Source: an uncultured Lachnospiraceae bacterium
Lineage (GTDB): Bacteria; Bacillota; Clostridia; Lachnospirales; Lachnospiraceae
Direction: 5' to 3'
NCBI GenBank assembly: GCA_910584695.1
Contig: CAJUBR010000003.1
Location: forward strand, 8,545 to 72,544
DNA: 64,000 nt
Below are positions 1-8,702 of the stretch, one piece after another (positions within the stretch are counted from its first letter, which is position 1; the number at the start of each line of letters is the position of its first letter). Under the pieces are notes generated by a model. It searched no databases. It saw nothing but the letters and a program-made list of their open reading frames with translations, and was not told the origin of the DNA. The position numbers and the translations under genes were made by a program.

Positions 1-327
1 CGTAGTCGTTAACATATCATCCGCAATTCCGTTTGCAATTTTCCCAATTACATTAGCAGAGGCCGGTGCCACCACAAAGATATCTGCACGTTTTGCCAGT
101 GCCACATGCTCTACCTGATATTGAAAATTACGGTCAAAGGTATCTACTAAACACTTATTGCCTGTCAGTGTTTCAAAAGTAATGGGATTAATAAAATTAC
201 CTGCATTTTCTGTCATAATGACATTCACATCTGCGTGAAGCTTTACGAGCATACTGGCAAGATTGGCAATTTTATAAGCGGCAATCGAACCGGTCACACC
301 TAATACTACTGTCTTTCCTTTCAGCAT
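1..327 (-). CDS. coaBC: CoaBC (phosphopantothenoylcysteine decarboxylase/synthetase), N-terminal fragment; the gene continues past the window start
   Basis: Not in the ORF track because it is truncated. Reverse-strand translation from the ATG at 325-327 reads MLKGKTVVLGVTGSIAAYKIANLASMLVKLHADVNVIMTENAGNFINPITFETLTG...FVVAPASANVIGKIANGIADDMLTT. This is the flavoprotein (CoaC) N-domain signature. It is co-oriented and directly downstream of panBCD. Confidence 0.8.
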   Translation of the reverse strand, partial: MLKGKTVVLGVTGSIAAYKIANLASMLVKLHADVNVIMTENAGNFINPITFETLTGNKCLVDTFDRNFQYQVEHVALAKRADIFVVAPASANVIGKIANGIADDMLTTT

Positions 328-403
328 ATCTATCTCCTGTTCCTGTACGTCTCTTTTTTCTTTGAAACATATTTTCGTTTTGATGTGTAAGCCACCGTAT
401 CTT

Positions 404-796
404 TTAGAATTTGGGGCTTAGGACTCCATATTTTTCATAGTTTGAAATCTGTGCAATTTTATTTTCATCATCTACAAATACTACCTTTGGCTTATGTTCC
501 TGTGCTTCCTCCGGTGTCATCTGTGCATAAGACATAATGATAATATGGTCCCCTACTGCCACCTGTCTTGCTGCTGCACCGTTTAGACAGATCATGCCGC
601 TATCCGGTTCCCCTGCTATCGTATAGGTTTCAAAACGATTGCCGTTTTCCACATCTACAATCTGAACATACTCATATTCTAAAATACCGGCAGCTTCCAT
701 CAGTACTGGGTCTACGGTAATACTGCCCACATAATGAAGTTCTGCCTGCTTTACGGTTGCCCGGTGTATTTTACCTTTTAACATATTAATCAACAT
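404..796 (-). CDS. panD: Aspartate 1-decarboxylase
   Basis: ORF 404..826. Start trimmed to the ATG at 796, which is preceded by a [23 protein letters not shown]...HYVGSITVD carries the Gly-Ser self-cleavage site of the pyruvoyl enzyme. Confidence 0.93.
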   Translation of the reverse strand: MLINMLKGKIHRATVKQAELHYVGSITVDPVLMEAAGILEYEYVQIVDVENGNRFETYTIAGEPDSGMICLNGAAARQVAVGDHIIIMSYAQMTPEEAQEHKPKVVFVDDENKIAQISNYEKYGVLSPKF

Positions 797-864
797 ATTA
801 CTCTCCTTATTGTGCATCCTCTGCATTTACAATTCACCCTTACAAATAAGTAAATTTGCATACA

Positions 865-1707
865 TTACATGATTATACGGTTATCAATTAATCGTGTAGT
901 TCCGATATATACTGCAATAGCAATTAAAACTGCACCCTCTATCTTCTCTATCGGCTGAATCGTGTCAAAGCTTACCACTTCCACATAATCTATTCTTGCC
1001 AGCGGACAGGTATTTAACTTACTCACAATAATCTCTTTTATCTTAGCAGCATCCTTCTCCCCGGCATCAATTGTCTTTATGGCTTCCTCTAAGGACCGGT
1101 TCAAAATGACAGCCTGCTTTCTTTCTTCTTCTGAAAGATAAGTGTTTCGCGAACTCTTTGCAAGCCCGTCTGCTTCCCGGATAATCGGACAGCCGATAAT
1201 CTCGATATCAAAATTAAGATCCATTACCATACGGCGGATAATTGCCAACTGCTGTGCATCCTTTTGACCAAAATAGGCACGGTCTGCCGGAATGATATGA
1301 AAAAGTTTTGAGACAACCGTCTGCACCCCTCTGAAATGAACCGGACGGCTGGCACCGCAAAGCTTCTCTGGAAGCGTATGCATATCGACATAACCACAAA
1401 AATCCGGACCGTACATTTCTTCTACTTCCGGGTGGAAAATCCAGTCAACGCCTCCTTCCTCACAAATCTTTGAATCCCTGTCCAAATCTCTCGGATATGC
1501 CTCTAAATCCTCATTGGGACCAAACTGCATTGGATTAACAAAAATGCTGACAACCACCTTGTCATTTTCTTTTCTGGCACGTTCCATTAAACTTTTATGT
1601 CCCTCATGCAGATATCCCATAGTAGGAACCAGAGCAACACGAAGCCCCTGTGCCTTCCATTCTTTTACCTGTTTTCTTGTCTCTTCAATCGAACCTGAAA
1701 TTCTCAT
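865..1707 (-). CDS. panC: Pantoate--beta-alanine ligase
   Basis: 280 aa. VPTMGYLHEGHKSLM is the HIGH-type nucleotidyltransferase motif, and the length is typical of PanC. Confidence 0.95.
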   Translation of the reverse strand: MRISGSIEETRKQVKEWKAQGLRVALVPTMGYLHEGHKSLMERARKENDKVVVSIFVNPMQFGPNEDLEAYPRDLDRDSKICEEGGVDWIFHPEVEEMYGPDFCGYVDMHTLPEKLCGASRPVHFRGVQTVVSKLFHIIPADRAYFGQKDAQQLAIIRRMVMDLNFDIEIIGCPIIREADGLAKSSRNTYLSEEERKQAVILNRSLEEAIKTIDAGEKDAAKIKEIIVSKLNTCPLARIDYVEVVSFDTIQPIEKIEGAVLIAIAVYIGTTRLIDNRIIM

Positions 1708-1748
1708 CTTATTTTCTCTCCTTTTTCACCTCAACCGGGTTTAGACAA

Positions 1749-1878
1749 TTGCGAAACTTGAAAAAAGTATATATGCGTTTGTAAAATATCCACAACTTTG
1801 CGGCAGCATTAGGAAGGTTAGCCGAGCAAAGTTGTTGCATATTTACAATAAGCATTACACAAAGTAAATGTTTCGCAA
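1749..1878. repeat. About 130-nt imperfect long hairpin between panB and panC, carrying the conserved 24-nt loop motif (copy 1)
   Basis: Outer arms are ttgcgaaac (1749-1757) and gtttcgcaa (1870-1878). Inner arms are caactttgc (1793-1801) and gcaaagttg (1826-1834). The loop at 1802-1825 is GGCAGCATTAGGAAGGTTAGCCGA. Confidence 0.7.
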
Positions 1879-1897
1879 CCACCTACTCAACCGAATT

Positions 1898-2725
1898 TTA
1901 ATACAATTTTTCTAAAACATCATCACTGATGGTATATTCATGTTGCTTTTCCGGAAAAGAACCGGCTTTTACTTCTCTGTCATAGGCAGCAAAAGCTTCC
2001 TTCATAACCGTTCCGATATCTGCAAACTTCTTTACAAATTTTGGTGTAAAATCACGGAACATTCCAAGCATATCCTGATATACCAACACCTGTCCATCAC
2101 ATACATTTCCTGCACCGATACCAATTGTCGGAATGTTCAGGCTCTTTGTAACAATCTCTGCAACCTTCGTTGGTACACATTCCAAAACGACGGCAAAAGC
2201 ACCTGCTTCTTCTACTGCTTTTGCATCCTCTATCAGCTTCTTCGCCGCTGCTTCCGTCTTTCCCTGTACCTTAAAACCTCCAAAGGCATTGATTGACTGT
2301 GGCGTAAGACCTAAATGTCCGCAAACAGGAATTCCGGCGTCCACAATTGCTTTAATCTGTGGACATACTGCTTTACCACCCTCTAATTTAACCGCACCGG
2401 CACGTCCTTCTTTCATTAAACGACCGGCATTTACCACTGCATCATATACAGAAGTCTGATAACTCATAAATGGCATATCACAGATAACCAATGCATTTTT
2501 TACCCCTCTTGCCACTGCTGCCGAATGGTGAATCATATCCTCCATCGTTACGGAAATGGTATCTTCATATCCCAAAATAACATTTCCGAGGGAGTCTCCT
2601 ACTAATATAGAATTTACTTCTGCTTCGTCAATTAATTTTGCTGTAGAATAATCATATGCTGTAAGCATAGACAGCTTTTCTCCCTTTTCCTTTGCCCGTT
2701 TAAATGTCAATACTGTATTCTTCAT
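1898..2725 (-). CDS. panB: 3-methyl-2-oxobutanoate hydroxymethyltransferase
   Basis: 275 aa. The LTAYDY and VGDSLGNV motifs and the length are typical of PanB. Confidence 0.95.
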   Translation of the reverse strand: MKNTVLTFKRAKEKGEKLSMLTAYDYSTAKLIDEAEVNSILVGDSLGNVILGYEDTISVTMEDMIHHSAAVARGVKNALVICDMPFMSYQTSVYDAVVNAGRLMKEGRAGAVKLEGGKAVCPQIKAIVDAGIPVCGHLGLTPQSINAFGGFKVQGKTEAAAKKLIEDAKAVEEAGAFAVVLECVPTKVAEIVTKSLNIPTIGIGAGNVCDGQVLVYQDMLGMFRDFTPKFVKKFADIGTVMKEAFAAYDREVKAGSFPEKQHEYTISDDVLEKLY

Positions 2726-2765
2726 GGTTTCCTCCTAAATTTAATACTTATTTTCTGTTTTATTA

Positions 2766-3629
2766 TCAGACATCCAATCCGTATAATACTTTCTCTGTTC
2801 TCCTATAATCCCTGTCCGGATTTTTTTCTTTTGCAAGATGCAATAACTCTGCCCCACAGGCCTGGTAGATTGTCTTTTGCGTGTCATCTAAAACGAATAA
2901 ATGTTTTTTTACAGTCTGTTCGTCTGCACGTTCAACCGGTCCGGTAAGTGCCTTTATACTGCCCTCATTTATAACATGTTCTATATTGTCACGTACCAAA
3001 ACGGAACTGAATGTTCTTGCCTCTTCCTTAGAAAATCCACACTCGCAAAGCAGTTCATATCCTGCTTCTAATACTGCAATCACATGATTGCTCAACAGAC
3101 TTGCTGCTGCATGATATTTTGGTTTCACTTCTTTGGAGATTTCAATTGCCGGATTTCCCAACGAGGAAAAAACAGATTTCCACACAGAAACTGCATGCCT
3201 TTCCCCTTCTAATGTAAAGCTGACCTGATTTAACTGCTGATAAACGGATTCTTTGTCGCTGAATGCAAACATTGGATGAATGGAAATCGGATACGCACCG
3301 TAATGTTCCACTCCTGAAAAAACATCGGATGATAAGGAGCCACTTAAATGACAGATTATCCTGCCTTTTATATTATCTTTTTCTAATGATTCCCATACGC
3401 TTTTTACCGCTCCATCCGGAGTCGATATGATGATGGTATCACTTGCTACAATCACTTCTTCTGCTGTATGAAAACAGTCAGATTCTGTAAATGCTGCTGC
3501 CCATCTGGCTTCTTCTTCAATTAAACTATAATAACCGGTAACCTGAATGCCCGCCTGTTTAGCCTTAACAGAAAAATATTTTCCAAGACTGCAACCCGCC
3601 TTTCCGGCACCAATAAAACCTATCTTCAT
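2766..3629 (-). CDS. Rossmann-fold oxidoreductase of the DUF2520 type; probable PanG-type ketopantoate reductase
   Basis: ORF 2766..3764 trimmed to MKIGFIGAGKAG (GxGxxG at the N-terminus, SD GGAGAGG 7 nt upstream of the ATG at 3629). It sits first in the pan operon, where panE would be expected. The family call comes from memory of DUF2520/PanG architecture. Confidence 0.7.
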   Translation of the reverse strand: MKIGFIGAGKAGCSLGKYFSVKAKQAGIQVTGYYSLIEEEARWAAAFTESDCFHTAEEVIVASDTIIISTPDGAVKSVWESLEKDNIKGRIICHLSGSLSSDVFSGVEHYGAYPISIHPMFAFSDKESVYQQLNQVSFTLEGERHAVSVWKSVFSSLGNPAIEISKEVKPKYHAAASLLSNHVIAVLEAGYELLCECGFSKEEARTFSSVLVRDNIEHVINEGSIKALTGPVERADEQTVKKHLFVLDDTQKTIYQACGAELLHLAKEKNPDRDYRRTEKVLYGLDV

Positions 3630-3799
3630 GTCATCACCTCTCCTGTCTGTAATCAAACCCAAAAAGAATTTGATTGCCTGCATGTGACAACACTTACCAT
3701 TCGATGCAGTTTCTTTCGAATACCGCTCGAATAGTAATGTACCATTTCTTCCCATAGATTTCAAGGATTTTTTTTAATACAAATTTGGACTGTATTTAT

Positions 3800-4381
3800 T
3801 CACTTTATCTTTTCATATTGTTTCCACAAAATGACACTAAACAAAATTTGATGAAACAACATAAAAACTGCCACTGCCATTGCTCCAAAAATACAGCCAA
3901 ATGCCAGACAACCTATTGATACTACGATACTGCTTACCATATAAGATTTACATTTATATAGCCAGCTAAATGGCATCAAATGCCCTCCAAATATCATTGC
4001 ATAAATCATTAAAAAATGATCTGATGCCTGTCCATACGCCCACATGGCAATTAATATATATAATATCTGATTGCAGGTAAACAACAATCCTAACTTACTC
4101 AATGGATTTTCATCATAACGGAATTTTATGTGTAATAACTTTGCAATCATATATGCCAACGGAACCAGCAGTGCTGAAAAACAAAACACACATAAATTCT
4201 GATTGATGACAGATAGCGGCATAGTATGCACAATACAGATTCCTATCCATATTGGAATAGATGCCAGCATAAAATGGATTCCATATTTTTGATTGACTGC
4301 ATCATCCTCCCTCAGTTCATCCAATACATCTTTTCCGGTTTCAGGAAACTGAACTTTCAAATTCTCCTTCATTTTTTCCAT
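3800..4381 (-). CDS. Polytopic membrane protein, unknown function (third gene of the LytTR module)
   Basis: 193 aa with about 5 hydrophobic helices. A GGAG SD lies 8 nt upstream of the ATG at 4381. It overlaps the upstream gene by 41 nt. Confidence 0.7.
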   Translation of the reverse strand: MEKMKENLKVQFPETGKDVLDELREDDAVNQKYGIHFMLASIPIWIGICIVHTMPLSVINQNLCVFCFSALLVPLAYMIAKLLHIKFRYDENPLSKLGLLFTCNQILYILIAMWAYGQASDHFLMIYAMIFGGHLMPFSWLYKCKSYMVSSIVVSIGCLAFGCIFGAMAVAVFMLFHQILFSVILWKQYEKIK

Positions 4382-4838
4382 GAACGATACTCCTCTCTTT
4401 TTGGTATTCTATAAGATTCTTTGTATACAAATCTCCTTTTTTATTATTAATAACGTAGTCAATACTAATACAGCAAAAATAAAGTACAAATACGATTCCT
4501 CCAAAAAGAAACCATTGTTTTATCGTACCTTTTTCTGTAAAAATACCAATCCAGTAAAAACCGAAAATTTCAAATAACACAATTGAAATCATACATATCG
4601 TTAATCTCATTAGAAAACTCATATTTTTTATAATACCTTTCAAAAAACATATACAAAACAGCAGCACTGCCCCTGTTACCATAACAAATAGTTTAACCAG
4701 CCCCGAAGTAGAAACACTTCCTATTCCCAAAATCTGATTCCGCACCAAAAGCAGCAATACCAGCCATGTATAAACAAATGCAACTCCATTTCTCATCCAT
4801 TTTAAAAAACGCTTTATAGTGTACATTGTTTTATTCAT
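4341..4838 (-). CDS. Small polytopic membrane protein (DUF3021-like), likely partner of the LytTR regulator
   Basis: 165 aa with 4 hydrophobic helices. A GGGAGAG SD precedes the ATG, which lies 16 nt downstream of the LytTR gene stop. Confidence 0.7.
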   Translation of the reverse strand: MNKTMYTIKRFLKWMRNGVAFVYTWLVLLLLVRNQILGIGSVSTSGLVKLFVMVTGAVLLFCICFLKGIIKNMSFLMRLTICMISIVLFEIFGFYWIGIFTEKGTIKQWFLFGGIVFVLYFCCISIDYVINNKKGDLYTKNLIEYQKERSIVHGKNEGEFESSVS

Positions 4839-4853
4839 TTCGCACTCTCCCTT

Positions 4854-5288
4854 CTAAATCCTAAGTAGTTCTTTTAGTTTTTTTGCATATCTTCTCGAAA
4901 TATAAACAATCTCTCCTGTACACATAGTTGCCATCATCGTTCTATTAATCTCTGGACGAAGTTTCTTTATTTTATTTATATTAATGATCTGTGCTTTTGA
5001 ACTTCTAAAAAAATCATGTTCCTCCAGTAATTCTTCTAACTCATACAATTTATAATTCACTTCCAGCACTTTATCCCCAGTGTACAAAAAGGTTCTGTTG
5101 TCTACCGTTTCCATATAAACAATATCTGTTACATTTACATATATATATTCATTCCCATACTTTCCCCGAAGACGTTCATCAAACATTTCAATATGTTTTT
5201 TTAGACGATTAACGGTTCCTGTTACTTCTTTACAGGATATTGTTACAATTGTCTTTGTTAAGTCACATTCTTTTATCTGTACTTCCAT
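4854..5288 (-). CDS. LytTR-family DNA-binding protein without a receiver domain
   Basis: ORF 4854..5387 trimmed to MEVQIKE (SD GGAGGTGG upstream of the ATG at 5288). The C-terminal FFRSSKAQIININKIKKLRP...VYISRRYAKKLKELL matches the LytTR domain pattern. Confidence 0.8.
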   Translation of the reverse strand: MEVQIKECDLTKTIVTISCKEVTGTVNRLKKHIEMFDERLRGKYGNEYIYVNVTDIVYMETVDNRTFLYTGDKVLEVNYKLYELEELLEEHDFFRSSKAQIININKIKKLRPEINRTMMATMCTGEIVYISRRYAKKLKELLRI

Positions 5289-5482
5289 TTTCCACCTCCG
5301 TGCTTTCAGTATATCGATTCTATGCGAAATTACAACCTTCTCGCATGTAAGAGGTACATTTTTTATCATTAAAATGCCAAAAGGCAAACCAGAACAATAA
5401 AATACTCCGGTTTACCTTTTTACTGGTCGCATCACCAATGGTTTCACTTTTTCCGAGGACTTATAGCTGCAAAGCTCATTCA

Positions 5483-6397
5483 CTATTCCTCTTCTTTTGC
5501 ATCACAGCATTTCAATATCCGGATATAGTGATTTGCTTCCCGTAATACATGATCTGCCAGCAATGGTAAAATAAGTGAAGATATCTTACATTCCAGAATG
5601 CCTTCTGTTCCTGCAGCCTTAAACTTGCGATATTCCAATGTCTCCTCAAATGATTGTCTTCTCATCTCTTCCGCTGCCCTTGCATCCTTTTCTTTTGCCA
5701 TTTCCAGTAATCTTTCATATTGTATAGCAAATTCATCTGCTGTTTCAATCAATTCCACTTCTGTTGGATCTAAAAGCCCCCGAATAAACAAAGCATGTTC
5801 CATCATAATCTGATTCCAGAATGCTTCATCTCCAAACAGATTCTTGCAGGAGATATCATCCTTATTCTGTAGTTTTATCAAGGTAGAACGATAAAGCTTT
5901 GCCTCCCTGATAATATGCTCAATCAGCAGCGGATAATTGGCATTAAACAGATTACAGGACTGAACCTCTTCCAGAATATTTTCCTTAAAAGCAATCAAAC
6001 CGTTTAACATAGAGATTGCTTTCTCATTTAACTGATCTGTCATATAAACAAAATTATCACATATTTTTTTCGTACACCCTGACTGCAGTTTTTGTTCCAT
6101 AGCCGAAATCCTGCTATCAATCGGAATCCCCGTCAACCGGCTTGTTCTCTGCTCTGCCGGTATCGTAAATTCCGTTACCAGTTCATCAGAATTTAAAATA
6201 CCGCATCCGACAATACCATCACTTATTTTAACCGTCTGCCCTAACAAATTTTCAAACTGTCCACGAAAAAAATCCGCTTTCCGAATCCATGTCCTGTCTT
6301 TACACGGGAATCCCACTTGTAAAAACAGTGCATGTTCTTTCATAATTCTGGCAAAAAATAAATTGGTTTCCATGGAATACATGATATAATCTCTCAT
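5483..6397 (-). CDS. DUF2935-like helical protein (two repeats)
   Basis: 304 aa. There is an internal duplication: NLFFARIMKEHALFL...REAKLY and WNQIMMEHALFIRGL...REANHY. The family name is from memory. The exact start is uncertain (alternative Met at 6382 or 6373). Confidence 0.65.
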   Translation of the reverse strand: MRDYIMYSMETNLFFARIMKEHALFLQVGFPCKDRTWIRKADFFRGQFENLLGQTVKISDGIVGCGILNSDELVTEFTIPAEQRTSRLTGIPIDSRISAMEQKLQSGCTKKICDNFVYMTDQLNEKAISMLNGLIAFKENILEEVQSCNLFNANYPLLIEHIIREAKLYRSTLIKLQNKDDISCKNLFGDEAFWNQIMMEHALFIRGLLDPTEVELIETADEFAIQYERLLEMAKEKDARAAEEMRRQSFEETLEYRKFKAAGTEGILECKISSLILPLLADHVLREANHYIRILKCCDAKEEE

Positions 6398-6470
6398 GGT
6401 TTGCTGTATCCTTTAAAACACATTCATATTATACTATGCTTTAGGTGCCAATTTGCTATTCAATCCGTCT

Positions 6471-7331
6471 TTATTCTTCTTTTAAAGAGCATGACGATTT
6501 ATTTTTCTGCTTTCTTCTCTTTTTTTCTTCCGCTTTTTTACGATATAGAAGGATTGCCTGTTTTGAATCAATCCTTTCGTCTTTCAGCGAATATTTTAAA
6601 CTATTTAACACAACACCGCCGCAAAAAGCTCCCGCAGTAAGCAGAATATAAACTAAAACCAGTCCAACGGTTCTGTCATATACTTCATAGTAATTCTTAA
6701 GAGAAAACGCGATCAAAAATCCCGGCAAAAATGCTGCCATCGTTAAGCATATCATAGTAATTATGCTTCCCCTTAATGCCATTTTCTGCTCAATAAAATA
6801 GACAAATGACACAACCACCGCTACATGTATCACCATCATTAACATCCGCTCATAACCTGATAAAAACAATTCTGCCGTTTCCGTATTAAGATTTGTTTCT
6901 GTATCCTGTAATAATTCAATAATAGTATAAATACTGCGGTATCCGACCAGCATTACCGCTTCTGCCATCGCATAGCCCATACCTAGCATTGCTGCCTTTG
7001 CAAAGGACACCTGCCTATGAAATAAAAACCGTATCACCAGCAGGTCCGGTAGTAATGCCAGTAAAGCCCCTGCTGCAGCAATGAAAAACAGGTATGGTAT
7101 ATAGTGCCGTTCCATAAAGTCCGATAATGCAGTATGATTAAATAAATACTTTAATCCCTGTTCCTTCACGCCCCATTCCATTACCAAATAGATTCCTGCT
7201 CCTATAAAAAAGGAGAGCAATATCCTGATTCTTTCCATCGGGTTCTTCCTTATTACAATTCCCAATATGATAAGCGGTACCACAATGCTGATTCCCGCCG
7301 TCAGTCCTAATGCGATCACATTTACTGCCAT
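6471..7331 (-). CDS. Polytopic membrane protein, possibly a YhfC-type intramembrane metalloprotease, with a Lys/Arg-rich tail
   Basis: 286 aa with about 7 TM helices. It starts 13 nt downstream of the znuA-like gene. The family assignment is tentative. Confidence 0.6.
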   Translation of the reverse strand: MAVNVIALGLTAGISIVVPLIILGIVIRKNPMERIRILLSFFIGAGIYLVMEWGVKEQGLKYLFNHTALSDFMERHYIPYLFFIAAAGALLALLPDLLVIRFLFHRQVSFAKAAMLGMGYAMAEAVMLVGYRSIYTIIELLQDTETNLNTETAELFLSGYERMLMMVIHVAVVVSFVYFIEQKMALRGSIITMICLTMAAFLPGFLIAFSLKNYYEVYDRTVGLVLVYILLTAGAFCGGVVLNSLKYSLKDERIDSKQAILLYRKKAEEKKRRKQKNKSSCSLKEE

Positions 7332-7344
7332 TTTCTCCTCCCAT

Positions 7345-8298
7345 TTACTGCAGTGCCTTTTTCAAAGCCTCCAGATTTTGCTCCATAATTCCGATATAAT
7401 CCAGTCCATCTTCCTCCTGTTTTGCAGTCAGACCCTCTACCGGATTCAATGTCATCGTCTCCGCCCCGATTTCATCTGCAATGGTCTTTGCCACCTTGGG
7501 ACTCACAAGATCCTCAAAAAATATAATTTTAATTTCATTCTTTTTACAAAATTCAATGATTTCTTTCATTTTTGCAGCATCCGGCTCCGAATCTGCTGTC
7601 AATCCTTCTACCGCTTTCTGCTTTAATCCATATTCATTGCAAAGATACCCAAATGCCTCATGGGCTGTCACAATCGTATCACGGGACATACCGGAAAGAG
7701 TTTCGCGGTATCTTTCCTCTAAATCCTCCAATTTTTCTTTATATGCTTGATAATTGGCTTCATAGTAATCTGCGTTTTCTTCATCCAGCTTTACTAATGT
7801 CTCTTTAATTGCCTCCGATTCTGCAATTGCATTTTGAATACTGAGCCATGTATGGGGATCCGTTTTCTCTTTTTCATGACCATCGTCATGCAATCCCTCA
7901 TCATCATAAGACCCTGCCTCTAGCAATTGAATCCCCGAAGCTGCCTCTACCACCGTTAAGTCCTGATTCGACACAGCTGCCAGTGTTTTATCCACAAAAT
8001 GCTCCATTCCCGCCCCATTATAAATAAAAATATCTGCTTTTTCTATCAACTGCATATCCTTCGCAGACAATTCAAAATCATGAGGCTCCGTTCCTGCCGG
8101 TACCAAATTAATCACTTCGGCTCTGTCACCTGCAATATTTAAAGTAAAATCATACATCGGATAAATCGTTGTAACAATTGCAAGCTTTTCCTTATCCTCA
8201 AAATGATTTCTACTGTTTTCAGAATTCCCGCATCCTGTCAGAACGCATGTCATAAAAAACAATGCCAGAACATAAATATTTTTCCATTTTACTGTCAT
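7345..8298 (-). CDS. Metal (zinc-type) ABC transporter substrate-binding lipoprotein, ZnuA/AdcA-like
   Basis: 317 aa. It has a lipobox LTGCGN and an acidic/His-rich loop (DDEGLHDDGHEKEKTDPHTW) typical of ZnuA-like cluster A-I binding proteins. Confidence 0.85.
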   Translation of the reverse strand: MTVKWKNIYVLALFFMTCVLTGCGNSENSRNHFEDKEKLAIVTTIYPMYDFTLNIAGDRAEVINLVPAGTEPHDFELSAKDMQLIEKADIFIYNGAGMEHFVDKTLAAVSNQDLTVVEAASGIQLLEAGSYDDEGLHDDGHEKEKTDPHTWLSIQNAIAESEAIKETLVKLDEENADYYEANYQAYKEKLEDLEERYRETLSGMSRDTIVTAHEAFGYLCNEYGLKQKAVEGLTADSEPDAAKMKEIIEFCKKNEIKIIFFEDLVSPKVAKTIADEIGAETMTLNPVEGLTAKQEEDGLDYIGIMEQNLEALKKALQ

Positions 8299-8316
8299 AT
8301 CTTTTCATTCTCCTTA

Positions 8317-8538
8317 TTAATGATGATAATCTGCCATCTTCACCGAATAATCATCTGCTATCTTCTTATACCTGTCATATTCTTTTTTCTTCAGGGTTCC
8401 GTTTTCTAAATGTGACTCTAAGGCTATATGTAATTTCTTTAAGGCAGCATGTGCCAGATCCTTATAATTATTTTCCAAATTTACCTGCAGATCATTTAAA
8501 ATTGTTTCCAACTCTATCTTTATCTCTCTTTTTATCAT
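8317..8538 (-). CDS. Small helical hypothetical protein ending in HH
   Basis: 73 aa, a charged helical sequence, located 18 nt upstream of the znuA-like gene. No recognisable family. Confidence 0.5.
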   Translation of the reverse strand: MIKREIKIELETILNDLQVNLENNYKDLAHAALKKLHIALESHLENGTLKKKEYDRYKKIADDYSVKMADYHH

Positions 8539-8632
8539 ATACTTCCTCCCCGCATCTTTTTTTGTATTTAAAATGCATATGTTCTTGGTTTTTCAAACCG
8601 GTTATCGCAATGCCGTTTTTTAAGGTTTCTTT

Positions 8633-8661
8633 TTGTCCATTTTTAAAAACTCACATATACT
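8633..8661 (+). promoter_or_regulatory. Candidate sigma-A-type promoter for the S8 peptidase gene
   Basis: TTGTCC - 17 nt - TATACT on the plus strand, about 45 nt upstream of the start. Confidence 0.4.
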
Positions 8662-8702
8662 ATTTAATATAACCATAAAACACATATTTGTAAAGAACTG
8701 AG

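Noticed and set aside
1802-1825. Considered whether the conserved loop is a fragment of SRP RNA or of a tRNA D-arm (AGCCGAG), or an SD followed by a small ORF.
   Set aside because: There is no GGAA-tetraloop SRP helix-8 context, no cloverleaf, and no start codon at an appropriate distance after AGGAAGG.
3630-3764. 45-codon N-terminal extension of the PanG-like ORF in the track (332-aa version).
   Set aside because: The Rossmann GxGxxG must sit at the very N-terminus. A strong SD precedes the internal ATG at 3629, and the extension has no protein-like features. It is treated as a leader.
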